A stretch of DNA of 63,620 nucleotides, filler included, from Atractiella rhizophila (lineage: Eukaryota): the NCBI GenBank assembly GCA_021432655.1. It is 5 parts of 5 records of this genome, joined end to end, with 100 filler letters (N's around TTAATTAATTAA, not from the genome) between each part and the next. Parts side by side here need not be neighbours in the genome. Positions count along the whole stretch, not along the records: positions 46,007 to 61,148 come from MU271941.1; positions 61,249 to 63,620 come from MU271982.1; 3 more parts are not named here. One strand, given 5' to 3'. Made by a program: the position numbers and the translations under genes. Each line of letters begins with the position of its first letter. Position 1 is the first letter of the stretch. This document shows, in pieces, positions 49,938-62,106 of this stretch. The notes beneath the pieces are model-generated. The model made no database searches. It was not told the DNA's origin and worked only from the letters and a program-made list of their open reading frames with translations.

Positions 49938-51452
49938 ATGGTCGCCAACGGTACCGCTTCTCGCAAAATCGCGAAATTACCCAACAATCACTTCCTCTTC
50001 ACTTCCGAAAGTGCGTATTCTTCCCCAGATTTTTCTTTTCTAAGATTCCGAGCTGACTTTGTGGCGAAAACAGGTGTGGGAGAAGGGCACCCCGACAAGA
50101 TCGCAGATCAGATCTCAGACTCCATTCTTGATGCATGTCTCGCCCAAGATAAATGGTCAAAGGTCGCCTGCGAGACTGCCACCAAGACCGGAATGGTCCT
50201 TGTCTTTGGAGAGATTACGACCGCCGCTCAACTCGATTATCAGAAGATCGTCCGTGATTGTGTCAAGAAGATTGGCTACGACGATTCTGTCAAGGGATTC
50301 GATTACAAAACCCTCAATCTTCTTGTCGCCATCGAGCAGCAGAGCCCCGACATTGCTCAAGGTTTAGACAGGGGAAATTTGGAGAACCATGGCGCGGGTG
50401 ACCAGGGAATCATGTTTGGTAAGCTCTCTACCCTTTACCTTCGAAAGTTTGGGCAAGGAGGAGATGTACATTGCGCCACCTACTGGCAAATCATGAAAGG
50501 GAGATGGCGCAATTGCATCAGTTGACATAAATTGATACTGATGAACTGTAGTTCATTGTGTCGGTCAACTTGGAGACTCGGGGTACTCATTACTGATGAC
50601 ACTTCACTGCAGGATATGCAACGGATGAAACTGATTCATACATGCCTCTCACCCTCACCCTCGCTCACGGCCTCAACCGTCGTATGGCGGACCTTCGACG
50701 TGTTCCTGCTTCTGATCCCGATGCTCTCCCTTACCTCCTCCCCGATTCCAAGTCTCAAGTTACGATCGAATACGAGAAACTTGAATCAGGCGCTGTACGA
50801 CCCATCCGCGTTGACACTGTCGTCATTTCAGTCCAACATAAAGAGGATGTGGAAGTTGAGACACTAAGGAAGGACGTACTTGAGAAGGTCGTGAAGAATA
50901 TTATTCCTAAGAACATGCTCGATGAGAGGACGATCTATCACATTCAACCCACTGGTCGTTTCGTCATAGGAGGCCCGCAAGGAGACGCTGGTCTGACCGG
51001 AAGGAAGATCATCGTGGACTCTTACGGCGGATGGGGAGCGCACGGTGGCGGAGCTTTCTCTGGAAAGGATTGGTCCAAGGTCGATCGTTCCGGCGCATAT
51101 GCCGCTCGTTGGGTCGCGAAGTCTCTCGTTGCCGCTGGACTCGCCAAACGTGTCCTCGTCCAATTCTCGTACGCCATCGGCGTCGCTGAACCCCTCAGCG
51201 TCTTTGTCGACTCTTACGGAACTGGATCCAAGACGGATGAGGAGCTCAGTGAGATCATCGCGAAGAACTTCGACCTTCGACCTGGTGTGATTGTGAAGGA
51301 GTTGGACCTCCAACGTCCTATTTATGCCCAGACTGCCAGCTAGTGCGTTTTTCTCTCCTCTCCCACATGAACACATTCTGAATGCCTTGGATAGTGGTCA
51401 CTTTGGAAACCCCAATTACCCATGGGAGAAGCCTAAACAGCTTAAATTCTAG
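49938..51452 (+). CDS. SAM1: S-adenosylmethionine synthetase
   Basis: [53 protein letters not shown]. Confidence 0.97.
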
Positions 51453-52048
51453 GTCAATCCCTAATGGTGCCCTAGATTCTTCGAGTCAAACATAGCAGTT
51501 CTCGGATTTTCTCGTCGTCTCCTCTCAACACTCCTTTTGAGCGTTCGAGATCTTTAGACGGATTCAACTTCGTCTTTCGTCAGTATAATCATTATAAAAA
51601 GCCCATTTTGTCCCTTCAGCTTCACATTTAGAAGTACACTCCATTTCCTTTAGAGGATTCCCATTGCATCGTTCTTTTGTCGCAGTCGTTCAATCACGTT
51701 CGAGGTAGAGCAAAGAGTAGTAGTACCATACACAAAAAAATACTAAATGTAATAAAATCACGTCAACCGTGTTTCCTTGCTGGCGAACCCACTGCAAACA
51801 AAGCTCTCCACTATAGCACTAGTGCTTTTTGGGAGGCAATGCCTCCTTTTACAATTTTCATTTCCAATGTCTTGACTGTCCAATTGTGATATAACCAAAA
51901 CCATTATTTGCACGTAAGAATCGTTACGGTACATGCAGAGAATGAATAGAAACTAGACATTGAATCAACAGAATCGATGAAACAGAACGACAGAGACCAC
52001 ACAAAAGATGAAGGACATGGAAGGAAAGAGGTCAATATATCGACATAC

Positions 52049-53370
52049 TTATGCATCGCCGTCCATTTTCCCTCCTCCCATAGTACCATCTAACACCTGC
52101 GCCTTCAATCTGAGACCTCCTACCACTCCTTCTTCCCTCTCTCCAGCAACGAGATGCTCAGGGCTTTCAAAGTAATCAATCTTCCGCCCCTGCACTTTCT
52201 TTGCCCTCAAGGGACTGACGTTCCCTCCCACATCTCCAAGCACGAATGCGGAACTCCTCCGGACGACAGGAGACGGACTGGGGGAACTGTTCCTAGGGCT
52301 TCCATGAGAAGAAGGGGTTGAAGCATGGGAAGGAAAGGTGAACATGTTGGGAGATTTGCCAGGAGACTTGAACGGAGATCCAAACCCGACATGTCCGTTC
52401 ATCGTTAGCGATTTGTGATTACCGAATGGAGAAGAAAGCATCTGGGCGTCGCAAGAGGACGAGCTGGCCTTGGTGGGAGAACTTTCAGTGGAACTTTGAC
52501 CCGTTTCGTCGCTCGCGTTCCAACGCCTTCTTTCAGTTCCTCGTAATTCATCGCTAACGCTACCTCCCTTCTCGAAAGGGCTGAGGACACCTTTCTCGAA
52601 CAGCCCGCTCGTCTCTCCCTCAGTGCCGAAACTTTCGTCTCCATTATCACTGTCTTGAGCCCATCTAGCCTTAATAGGAGAGATTAACCCGAAATCTCCG
52701 AATTGGGTGATGGCGTTGAGAGTTGGTGCCGCGCATTTGCCAGGAGTGGGATTGGGACCAAGAGGAGATGGAGGAGGGAAGATGTGAGGGGTGGGGGACA
52801 GCTTCCCAGCATACAGCCACCAGGGAGAGGAAGGTGTGGAGGTGGTGAGAGTGCTCCTTGGGGGAGTAGCTGATGTAGGGATAGTATCCGCATTCGCATT
52901 CGTATTCCGCACTCCCAACACGTCGTGGAAGAGAACTGTCGGCGTAAGGTCCGAATCGGAGGAGAAGGAGGACGAAGGGGGTTTCGGCTCTTCTTCCAAC
53001 GTCAAGTTAGAGCAGAGGGAAAGATCGATCGACGGAATCTTCGAGCCTTGGGCCGCACGACGAGATGATAAGGAGCCAGACCTTCCCAGCGCGGGTACGT
53101 GGCTTCGAAGATGGCGACGCCGCTAACGTGCTCGGATTTGGCGATGGAGGCAACGGGACGTTGGCAGCAAGGTCTTGGAAACTGTAGATGGAGTGCACTG
53201 AAGTCGTATGGTTTCCAGCGATAGACAAGCTCGAAAAGGAAGTGAGGTTTACGTCCACACCTATCTCCCCAATTACATTAATTTATAGCCTAAAAGGGCA
53301 TACATAGGAAGAACGCACGTCCAGAAGGGACCTCAAACTGAGGAACTCCAACTGTGATTGAGCTTGACAT
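52049..53370 (-). CDS. Hypothetical Ser/Pro-rich protein
   Basis: 318-aa ORF plus upstream exons; disordered with many SP sites; no domain recognised. Confidence 0.55.
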
Positions 53371-53955
53371 TACGAAGTCTAGACTGAAGCTACGGCGAAC
53401 TGACTGGTGACAATTAGCAGAGAGATATTTTATCCAAGAAATGATGTGGAGGATTGCAAGGAAGAACACCAGTTCAAGTTTAATATATAGTCGGAGGCAG
53501 CTTGTGCGGGAAGAGGGAAGTGAAATCCAAAAAGGGGCTGATAAACATCGACCGCGTCGAATAAGTTACGGGACCATCACATTAACCGCCATCTGACAGA
53601 GATACCCGCCCATCATGTTCCCACGATCAAATTACGCGCTGTGACGCGTCGAATAAACATCCCAAGTCTTTGGGTCGTTCGCACAGTTCATTGAAGGCGA
53701 GTGGAGGCAATCGGATAGAGAACAAAAAATGGATCATGAAGGAAACCATCTGTGGCAGCCTGTGCGGAAAACAGATTCGATTCGAAAGTCAGGGCAGCAC
53801 AAATTACAGATGACAGTGAATCTGAGTGAGTATCACAGCACAATGAGGAGTAGGGATATCACTTGATTCGATTTTGACTGAAGAACATAAGCACTACTTG
53901 CCATGCAAGAACCACAAACTGCGCAAATAATGCGAAAATAGATGACGAAGAACAC

Positions 53956-56472
53956 TTAAGGCTCGTCCTCAGGCCAGTAAATCCAAGGACCAACGGGTGA
54001 AGGAGACTCATTCTCGTCGTCTTCAGGATCAAAGGCAGAGCTCCAATTTCCCACAATCCCAGTCCGCGCACCGATGCCTCCAGGCTGCACACCTTCCGAC
54101 CTCCATCTGTCCAATCCACCGTATCCCGAAACGAGCGTCCAATGCGGGATCTCCACTGGAGACTCGTCGCTGGGCTTCGCTAGCCGGACGCAACCGTGAA
54201 CGCTCATCCCAGCGGTAGGCGCGACAAACGACTTTCGATATCCTTCGAAATAGAGCGTTGGGTACTTCGAAGAGGTGGAGCCGCCGTACCCGTACCTGCT
54301 ATTCGAGTGCTGGCGCGAGGTAGGAATAGTCGTCTTCGAAGGCGGTGGAACGAGATGGAGCTCCATAAACCTAGCACAATGTTAAACAGTTTCAGTGCAA
54401 GAAAAGTTAACGCAAACATGAGATGTCCAACAGCCTCTGAACAATGCGCCAAGGAGCGACTTGAGTTCGGCGAGAAGTTGAAGGCATGAAACATTCGATA
54501 GTCGACAAACGCATAAGATCCCAACCAGATCCCTTCTACCCCAGCCCAATCCCACGCATACCACTCCGCTCGCTCCCTCATCTTTCCCTTCGCATCCGTC
54601 TTCAGAGCAGAGAGGAATCGCCTGTCAGGATCAATCGACACCGTCCCCCTCCTCCGATCTGACCAGTTTTGAAGCAAGCGAAGCTGCCATTCAGGATCCG
54701 ACACTTCCTCCTCCTCCTCAGTAGTCGTCTGCCCTCTGAACTTTCTCAAAGATTTCTTGAACCCTCCCAGCTCCGCCACTTCGCGTTCCCAGTCCTCCTT
54801 CGAATCAAGTGCATTCTTCACCATGGTAGTGTGCAGTCCTTCGACCAAGGTCCAATTGACCGTTCCATCAGCATGTAGAGGGGTATACCGATGGTGTCTC
54901 CAGGGTAACACGCTCCCTTCCTCCTCCGGTGGATCCGGTTCGACATAATACCTCAAATTGTATGCCACCTCTCGAAACCTTCCACGATATGGCAACAAAT
55001 TCCTCGAGAAAACCATCGTCGATCCATTAGTCAACATGAGCGTGAACGTCGGGGCTGCCATTCCAGTTTCTCGAAAACTAGGCAGATAAGGTCCGAGGAG
55101 GACGTGAACTTGGCTCCGGAGGCTGCTCGAAGGGATGGGTATGTGTGATGGAAAGAAGATGGGAGAGGCGGCAGGAGTGGTTGAAGGTGAGAAGAAAGGG
55201 CTCAAAGCAGGCAGCATAAATTGGTCCATCGGTCCTTCGTCGATTTCTGGCGTTTCATCTTCTTGTTCTTCGACGCGCTCTCGTGAATTTGATGGGCCTC
55301 CGTCATCCTCAGAGCTAGATTCTGGTTCTTGTTCTCGTTTTGGTTTTTGGGATATCGCGCGGAGGAAATAGAATTGGTGGCGCGGGATAGGAGATGAAGC
55401 GAACAATGATTCGAGATAAAGGACGTTCTTTGACGGTAGAGGATGTGGAGTAGCGGTTCGTACAAGCTCCAGTAGCGTGCGCAGGACCGTATCAAAATGT
55501 ACTAGCTAGAGTCGCTTATCAGCATCGCTCCGTCTATAATTCAATATAAACGCTCTAGCTTGTGATAAACGCTCTCCGGTACTTGTCGCAAAAAGGCAGT
55601 GCGACAACAGCTGTTGTTTCAACCATAGCTGCACAGAGGAAGCACAGAGGAGGCCTAGGCGGTTGCAAGATTTGCTTTTACATCACTATCGCATGGTTGC
55701 AATGGAACACTCGTGAGATTGAAGGCAAGGGGACAATGATGAGAATCCGGGCATGCCACAGAAGTCCAAGGACGAGCTCATACACCATGAGATGAGATGT
55801 GACAAGGGATTGGTCATATCACTACATCCTCCATATGTTTTCACAATGACTGCTTTCGTGTAGTAGAGCAGCAATGGACATGGTCAATAAATCCACGGAA
55901 TAAATCGGTTGAACAAGTCGAACTCGCTGACTAGAAAAGAGGAGAACGGAGCATGTTCAGAGTATCAACGCCATTCGATCAAATAACTTCATCAAGGGTC
56001 TACGCGTCTGCAAAGCTGCTCCACCTCGAACGCGCAATGTAAACGGAGGGCGACAGCCATTCCTTAAATTATAAGCTGCTTTCAGACGCAGGCATTTCCT
56101 TTCTTGGCAACGCCAGATTGCGACAAGTCAAGCAAAGCTAACGAAGGACACTCCCGATTATACCACCCAGAAATGAAAACAAAATACAATGTACCTTTTC
56201 CTCATCTCCCTCTTCCAAATTGAGCCACCTCTTCACACCCCAGAACCTCTTCACGACCTCCTTCCATCCCTCCTCCTCGTGCCTCGACTCGCATCCATCG
56301 AAATCCCACAACCCCAAAGCGACGTCCCTTCCACAGCACACCTTCCGGTTCAATGAGCGCTTGTGCATACTTGGATGTGAGGGAGAAGGCGAGGAGGTCG
56401 GGTGGACGAAGGGGAGGAGAGGCATGAGAGGATGTGGGTGAGGATTTCGGGGGGAAGCGAGAGGAGAGGCAT
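53956..56472 (-). CDS. F-box protein with conserved fungal C-terminal domain (apparent frameshifts)
   Basis: MPLLSLPPEILTHILS F-box start; C-terminal WDWAGVEGIWLGSYAFVDYR and RWRSEGVQPGG...GNWS...PVGPWIYW. Confidence 0.75.
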
Positions 56473-57729
56473 TGTGCATGTCTCGGTGCGCTGGGCCGTT
56501 TGGAGACTGAAATGGACTGCTGAGTAACGATTGGATCGCGCGACACCGATGGTATGTGGTGACAGGCTACACTGAGGGAAGATACTGCACAATATATTGC
56601 GGTGGGAGGCAAAAGGACGCCTGCAGAGAGGAGAACCTCCTTTGAGATGGAGATGCTGAGGACCTCAAACGAAGTAACGTCGATGATCGAGCTCGCTTGC
56701 CTTTGTTTGTCTTCCCCTCCAACGAAATGCGCTGCGTCACATGTTAACAAAGTGGTGAGTCATTACTTCCTTTCAGAGTGAGAACGACGGACGCGTCTTG
56801 CACGCCACCCTTTTGTTTGAGCATTCGCAGATCGTAGAGTGAGATTGAGGCGCTACTGGGTGGAACGGAGAGTGAAGATAAGGCGGTGAAGAAACTTACA
56901 AGGCAGAGCTGTATCAAAGACCAAACAAAGGTGCGTTGCTCTCGGTGTTGTGATTGAGGCTAGAATGGAATGGGAGCGGGATTTCAGTCCATACCGCTGA
57001 ACAATCGATTGGTTATTCTCCTCTGTATCACTTTCAATGGGACCGTGTTATGGCTCGTGCATGCTTTTGTGGCTTGTTGCAAATCTGCCGTGGTGGCTAC
57101 AAGCAAGACTCCACTAGATTCGAATGGAAAGGCGCTACATCAACATTAGCCGTCTGCTTACACGTGTTCTTTCGAATCAAATAGCACGAGTGTCTGTTGG
57201 ACGTTGTATGTATCTTTGAAAGCTCACAGTCCGCCTTAACGAAGTCGCAAAGGGTGGACATTAGCATTGCAACGTTATTTTCTGTCTGAGACCATTAGCG
57301 GAGTTGTTTCCCACTGATGTACTTCCAATGCTGAGTATCGCAATTTAATCTGACTTTACGTTGATGGAAATGGAAAGAATCGTCACCGTAACTTTGGTTG
57401 ATGCAAAGGAGATGTTTGTGGCATTAATTCTTGCGTTGTCTTTGACATTAGAGACCTCCATTTATGCCATGAGGCGAGTCATGACAGAGTAATGCTGTAC
57501 AAGACTCAGGGAGTAGTAGCAAGAAGCACTCGCTAACCTTGTCCTGTAGAATCATGTTTGTTGGCTCTGTTCTCTAAACTGCTGTGACACTCCCACTCAC
57601 TACTCCAACCGAGCAAATCCGACTGACTTTTGTTCAGGCTTTCCTTATTCATCTTGAACATTCTCGTAGTCCAACCTCGAAGACATCGACTACTTCTGGC
57701 CCAGCCTCCAAGCTCCACACTACCTCAGA

Positions 57730-59992
57730 ATGTCTAATCGAGGAGGCGTCGATCTAACACCCGACTACCTCCAACCAGGCTTTGACCCGTCCAAGCTCAA
57801 AGTCGCCGAACTTCGTGCTGCACTTTCAAGGGAAGATGTGGAGTTCAACCCATCGGCAAAGAAGGGGGAACTGTTGGAAGTTTTCAAGAAGGAAATAGAG
57901 GCAAAGGCTCCCGTCCGTCCTTCCCTTCATGCTTTCTGTGAATAAAAGAGTGGCCAGCTGATCCGTCGTGCCGGGATAGAAATTGAGAAAGCAGTATCAG
58001 AATGTCAAGCCTTCGAATAGGGGAGTATACGAGATCTCAGCTAGTGAGACCGAGAGTGTAGACCTTGATGTGAATGGGGACGCAGATGGAGAGGTTTGTA
58101 TCTTCCTCTTTCCAAGTCGCTTTATGGGCTCACACATAGAACCGATAGCTCTCACCCGCAAAACCGAAGAAGAAAGGGAAAAAGAAGAAGACTTTATATG
58201 CTCCTCCTCCTCCTCCTCCTATCCCTATCCCCGTCGAAGACGAACTCGGCGACGGAGACAGTACGCTCGAAGTCATAAATGCTACGAAGCCCAAGAAACG
58301 AAAATCGAGAGTCTCCGCCGCTGCTTTCGACCTCGATCTTGCGGACGATGGGGCCGCTGGAAATTCATCGTTTTCGGATTACAACCCCTTCCAAGGCGGT
58401 GGAAGTGCACCGAGCACGCCTGGGCTTGACGAAGCGAGAAAACGGCCGAGGAGCAGTTCCCCAACCAAGAGGGGGAGAGAATCGATCGGAACGGGGAGTC
58501 CAGTCACTGGTTCGTTGATCCCAGCAGCTTTTCATCCGAAGGCGAAGGAGACACGGGGAAGGGAAGAGGGAAGTGTCGGTTTGGGATTGGAGAATGAGAA
58601 CGAGGTTTTTGAGAGCGTTAAGAAGAGAAGGGCAAGGATGAGCTCTCCATTCAAGAAACCGAGGAGCAGTGAGGTCGAGAGGGAACGACTGCAGCGACAA
58701 GTGGAGGACGATGTACGAGATATGGAGGGAGAGATTGAGGATGCGGTCCAGATTCATTCACCGAAGTTGGATGGAGGCGTAAAACGGAAAGGGAATTCTT
58801 TCGTCGGTTCTTTGATCTCAGCCCTCTGGATCACGTCGAAGACGATCGTCGTCCTTTTGATCCTAGTATGGGGCGGGATTTGGGGATTGGAGAAACAGGC
58901 TGTCGGGTTCTGCGATCAATCCTTTCATACCAACTCCCTCCTCATCCAGCGGATTCAATCTCCTCACCCCTTCATCTCCCCCAAGCTCACTTTCGTCCCT
59001 CCAATCAAAGACGAATGGAAACCATTTCTCGATCCTTTAGTCCCTCAGCCAACGTGCACTTTGTGCCCTCCTCACGCCGATTGCTCTGATGGATTCATCA
59101 GAAGCTGCAACGCCTCTTCCCCCGACTATGTGCTGACCCCCCATCCTCTCCAATTCGGCGAAACCCTCCCTCCTCTCCCAGCGTTGGGCATCTTTCCTTC
59201 TTGCGAGCCCGACACGGAACGACTGCAGAAAATCGTAGACACTACAAATCTTGTAAAGTCGCGCTTGAGGAAGAAAAGAGGAGAGGTCATGTGCAGCTCG
59301 TTGAGCTGGGGAACGAGGGAACCGAGTAATTTCGCGGTGAAGCTGGACGAACTTATGGCTGAAGTGGACGAGGACGTGAAGAATGTAGTGAAGGGGGAAT
59401 TGGAGTTGGATGGCGATATCATCGTTGTGGACCTTGATGGATCGAAGGCGTTGGCCAGTGCGAAGGAGGAGCTCCCCTGGAGCTGTTGGATCAGGCAACG
59501 GACCTTGGCTTGGACTTGGGAAAATAAGTTTTGGTTGATCGGTTCGTTTCTCTCTGCAGACTTGGGATACTTGGCTGAATGTTCATGAAGGCATGATTTT
59601 TTTGCTGTATCAATTTAACAGCTTGCGGAACTGGATAAATCGACGGCAGTCTGATCCACCGCTCGTTCAGCGTTTATACAAGGAATCGCTTCAACATATC
59701 AAAGAGAATGTCAGTCATTCCTCCTTTATTCTTGATTATTTCTAATCAAAAGAACCAGTCATTCAACAATAGGAAGGACCCATTGCACTACCCATACCCC
59801 TACATCGTCCCCATCAACATGCGTGACTCGCTCCTTGACGACTATAGTATTCACGAGCGGCAAAGGATATGGAAACAAGTCGAGGCGAAAGTCAGCGGAA
59901 ATTCTAACGTACGATCAGTTCCTCGAGCACATAGAGGTGAAACGGTCAAGATATGGGAATGGGTTGGAGACGACAGCCCACAGTTGAAATAG
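57730..59992 (+). CDS. SRC1: Inner nuclear membrane LEM/HeH-MSC protein (Src1/Heh1/Man1)
   Basis: HeH domain DYLQPGFDPSKLKVAELR, FSDYNPFQ, TM helix + GFCD, CTLCPPHADC, IWKQVEAKVSGNSNVR...WEWVG. Confidence 0.9.
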
Positions 59993-60282
59993 GATGCTGT
60001 CTCTTTCGGTACTTTTTGGATTTGCTCAGTTTTTTCTTTCGGAATGAAAGTAATGTTTATATGCTTTCTGCAATGGCCAATCAGCTTACAACAATCGCTG
60101 TGCATGGCCGCGGCGCTCAGGACGGTTCGTCCTGTTCATTAAAAGAAGCGATCAGTGGGCAGCTCTTGCTCTCTTTCCCCGAAGAGTTTCAAGGCATCAG
60201 CTGCGTGTGAGCACCATTTAAAGTGCGGAACAAGTGTTCTCATAGACAGTCGATCTAATAACTGGCGTCCTCAAGGTGATTC

Positions 60283-61148
60283 CTATTTCACTATACAGGA
60301 GTGGTGGTCTCAGACCTTAGTATTTCCCTCGGTAATACATGCTAGGTATACCTCTCTTTCTGGTTGCTGCTACGCCATTCAGTTCAATAACCTAATCCAG
60401 GCGTGTCAATAAGGCTTCATCAAAGAACGTAAGGGCAAACGAACCTCTCCTGTTGCGTCTGAGGTGACGAAAAGTCTCCCTCTCTTGTCGAAGACCAGCC
60501 CTACAGGTCTAGCACACTTCGAGGGGCAGACAGATGTGTTTGGTGCCCAGATCATGTCGTTGTACCCATTTCCGGCGTCAGGAGCGGCTTCTGGTTCTCT
60601 TTCTCCCCAAGGGATGCTGTTCACATGTCAGCATCATCTCTTCATGCTCAAAGGGAAAGTTTACCGGACAACCTTGTATCCGGTAGGCGGCTGACGATTC
60701 CAAGATCCATGGAAGGAAACAAATGCATCGTCTCTCCAAAGGCAGGACAAACCAGGCGAATTGCACGTCAAGTCGCGTTGTCCAGCGAGGCGTTGACGAC
60801 CTAAGAATTTAATGTCCAGCGGAGCTGAGTGTGCTTGCATGCTCAGTCTGGGTGGGACATATTTGGAGGTGTCTTGACATTCTTCGTCGGACACAGCAGT
60901 GGTGTTGATTGAGAAAACGCTGCCAATCGCGGGTGGTGAAGGTACAGGTCGGGTAGTGCTCGAAGTCACATTCCATACTGTGAGACACCAAGGATATCCA
61001 TGGTTGGGTACGGCTCCTTCGAAAGGAGGCAGAGCTATCAGATTAAGCTCTTCGGCCTGTTACTCCTTGAGACCCGTCGGTCAAATGGTGCATCTCGAAT
61101 ACTTACAGGATTATCGAAATGAATGTCTCCATAAGCGTCTGTCGCAAC
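60283..61148 (-). CDS. Soluble quinoprotein glucose/sorbosone dehydrogenase-like protein (AA12-type beta-propeller); 5' truncated
   Basis: AEELN, GYPWC, AHSAPLDIKF, SFHGSWNR, RPVGLVFDKRGRLFVTSD. Confidence 0.85.
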
Positions 61149-61248
61149 NNNNNNNNNNNNNNNNNNNNNNNNNNNNNNNNNNNNNNNNNNNNTTAATTAA
61201 TTAANNNNNNNNNNNNNNNNNNNNNNNNNNNNNNNNNNNNNNNNNNNN
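61149..61248. other. Artificial scaffold linker
   Basis: N-TTAATTAATTAA-N, 100 nt. Confidence 0.97.
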
Positions 61249-61788
61249 GCGTGTCTAGGGCTGAGCATGAAGTAAAACGCTGCGACCATTTGCCATTTGT
61301 TACTTAAATTGCAATGTTGACGCAAAAGCATGATCAAGATGTCTAATAACTAAACATAAGAGTGCTGTCTCGACTTCTGAAGCGGCAATTCACAGGAAGC
61401 TTGTTGGACATCTAACGATAAAAGTCGTTCTATTGCAGTATTCAAAAAATGAGCCTTTTAAATACCGCTTATAACAAACACACTACGTTTCCCACACACA
61501 ATTCCTACTTCCCCTTAAATTAAAGACTCACCGTAATGCCCTCAGCAGATCGCTCCTAATCAATTCCTGCACATCTTTGACATAATAATAGCTTGTACTC
61601 GGGGTCGCTTTGCTGTTCTTCTCCCTCAACTTTTTCATGCTATTAGGCTGATGAGGGTGGATACCCTTGATGATACAGAGCCGACGAAAGTCTGCAAGAG
61701 AGCATTGCAGTCGTTTCAGCGCCTGTGTTCGAGTTATGTAGTTCGTGACCGCTCCTGAGGTCCCCGCCTTCTTTGGACGACTCCCCAT
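61249..61788 (-). CDS. NOP7: Pescadillo/Nop7, first exon; 3' truncated
   Basis: NYITRTQALKRLQCSLADFRRLCIIKGIHP...YYYVKD; GTGAGT donor at 61531. Confidence 0.92.
61363..61480 (-). ncRNA. Candidate intronic H/ACA snoRNA
   Basis: Hairpin - ATAGAA (ANANNA) - hairpin - ACA arrangement inside a 277-nt NOP7 intron; assessed by eye only. Confidence 0.35.
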
Positions 61789-62106
61789 CTTGCGTTACTG
61801 AGAAATAAAGGATAAGAAACAGTGATGAACTGGTGGTTGAAGGAAGGCGAAAAGAAAATTTTCTGGCGTACGGTAGCCGTACAGTATGTTTAGAGGGACG
61901 TACACCTGGTATCAGATGGTCAATGGCACTCCATGACTAACGTTCCTGTTTTGTGTTTTGTATAGTTAACAAACAAAAATTGAGTCAAGCAAATACAATA
62001 CAACATCGTAGATATCACCAAATCCTCCAAATGCAGTACGTCGCAGCTCATCAACATACCACAACATCCCATCGCGTGCCAATGTGTATCCACTGGACAA
62101 TCCTCT

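Noticed and set aside
53956..56472. F-box genes here and at 37686-38860 as pseudogenes
   Set aside because: Frame breaks fall near homopolymer runs or possible introns, consistent with sequencing error.
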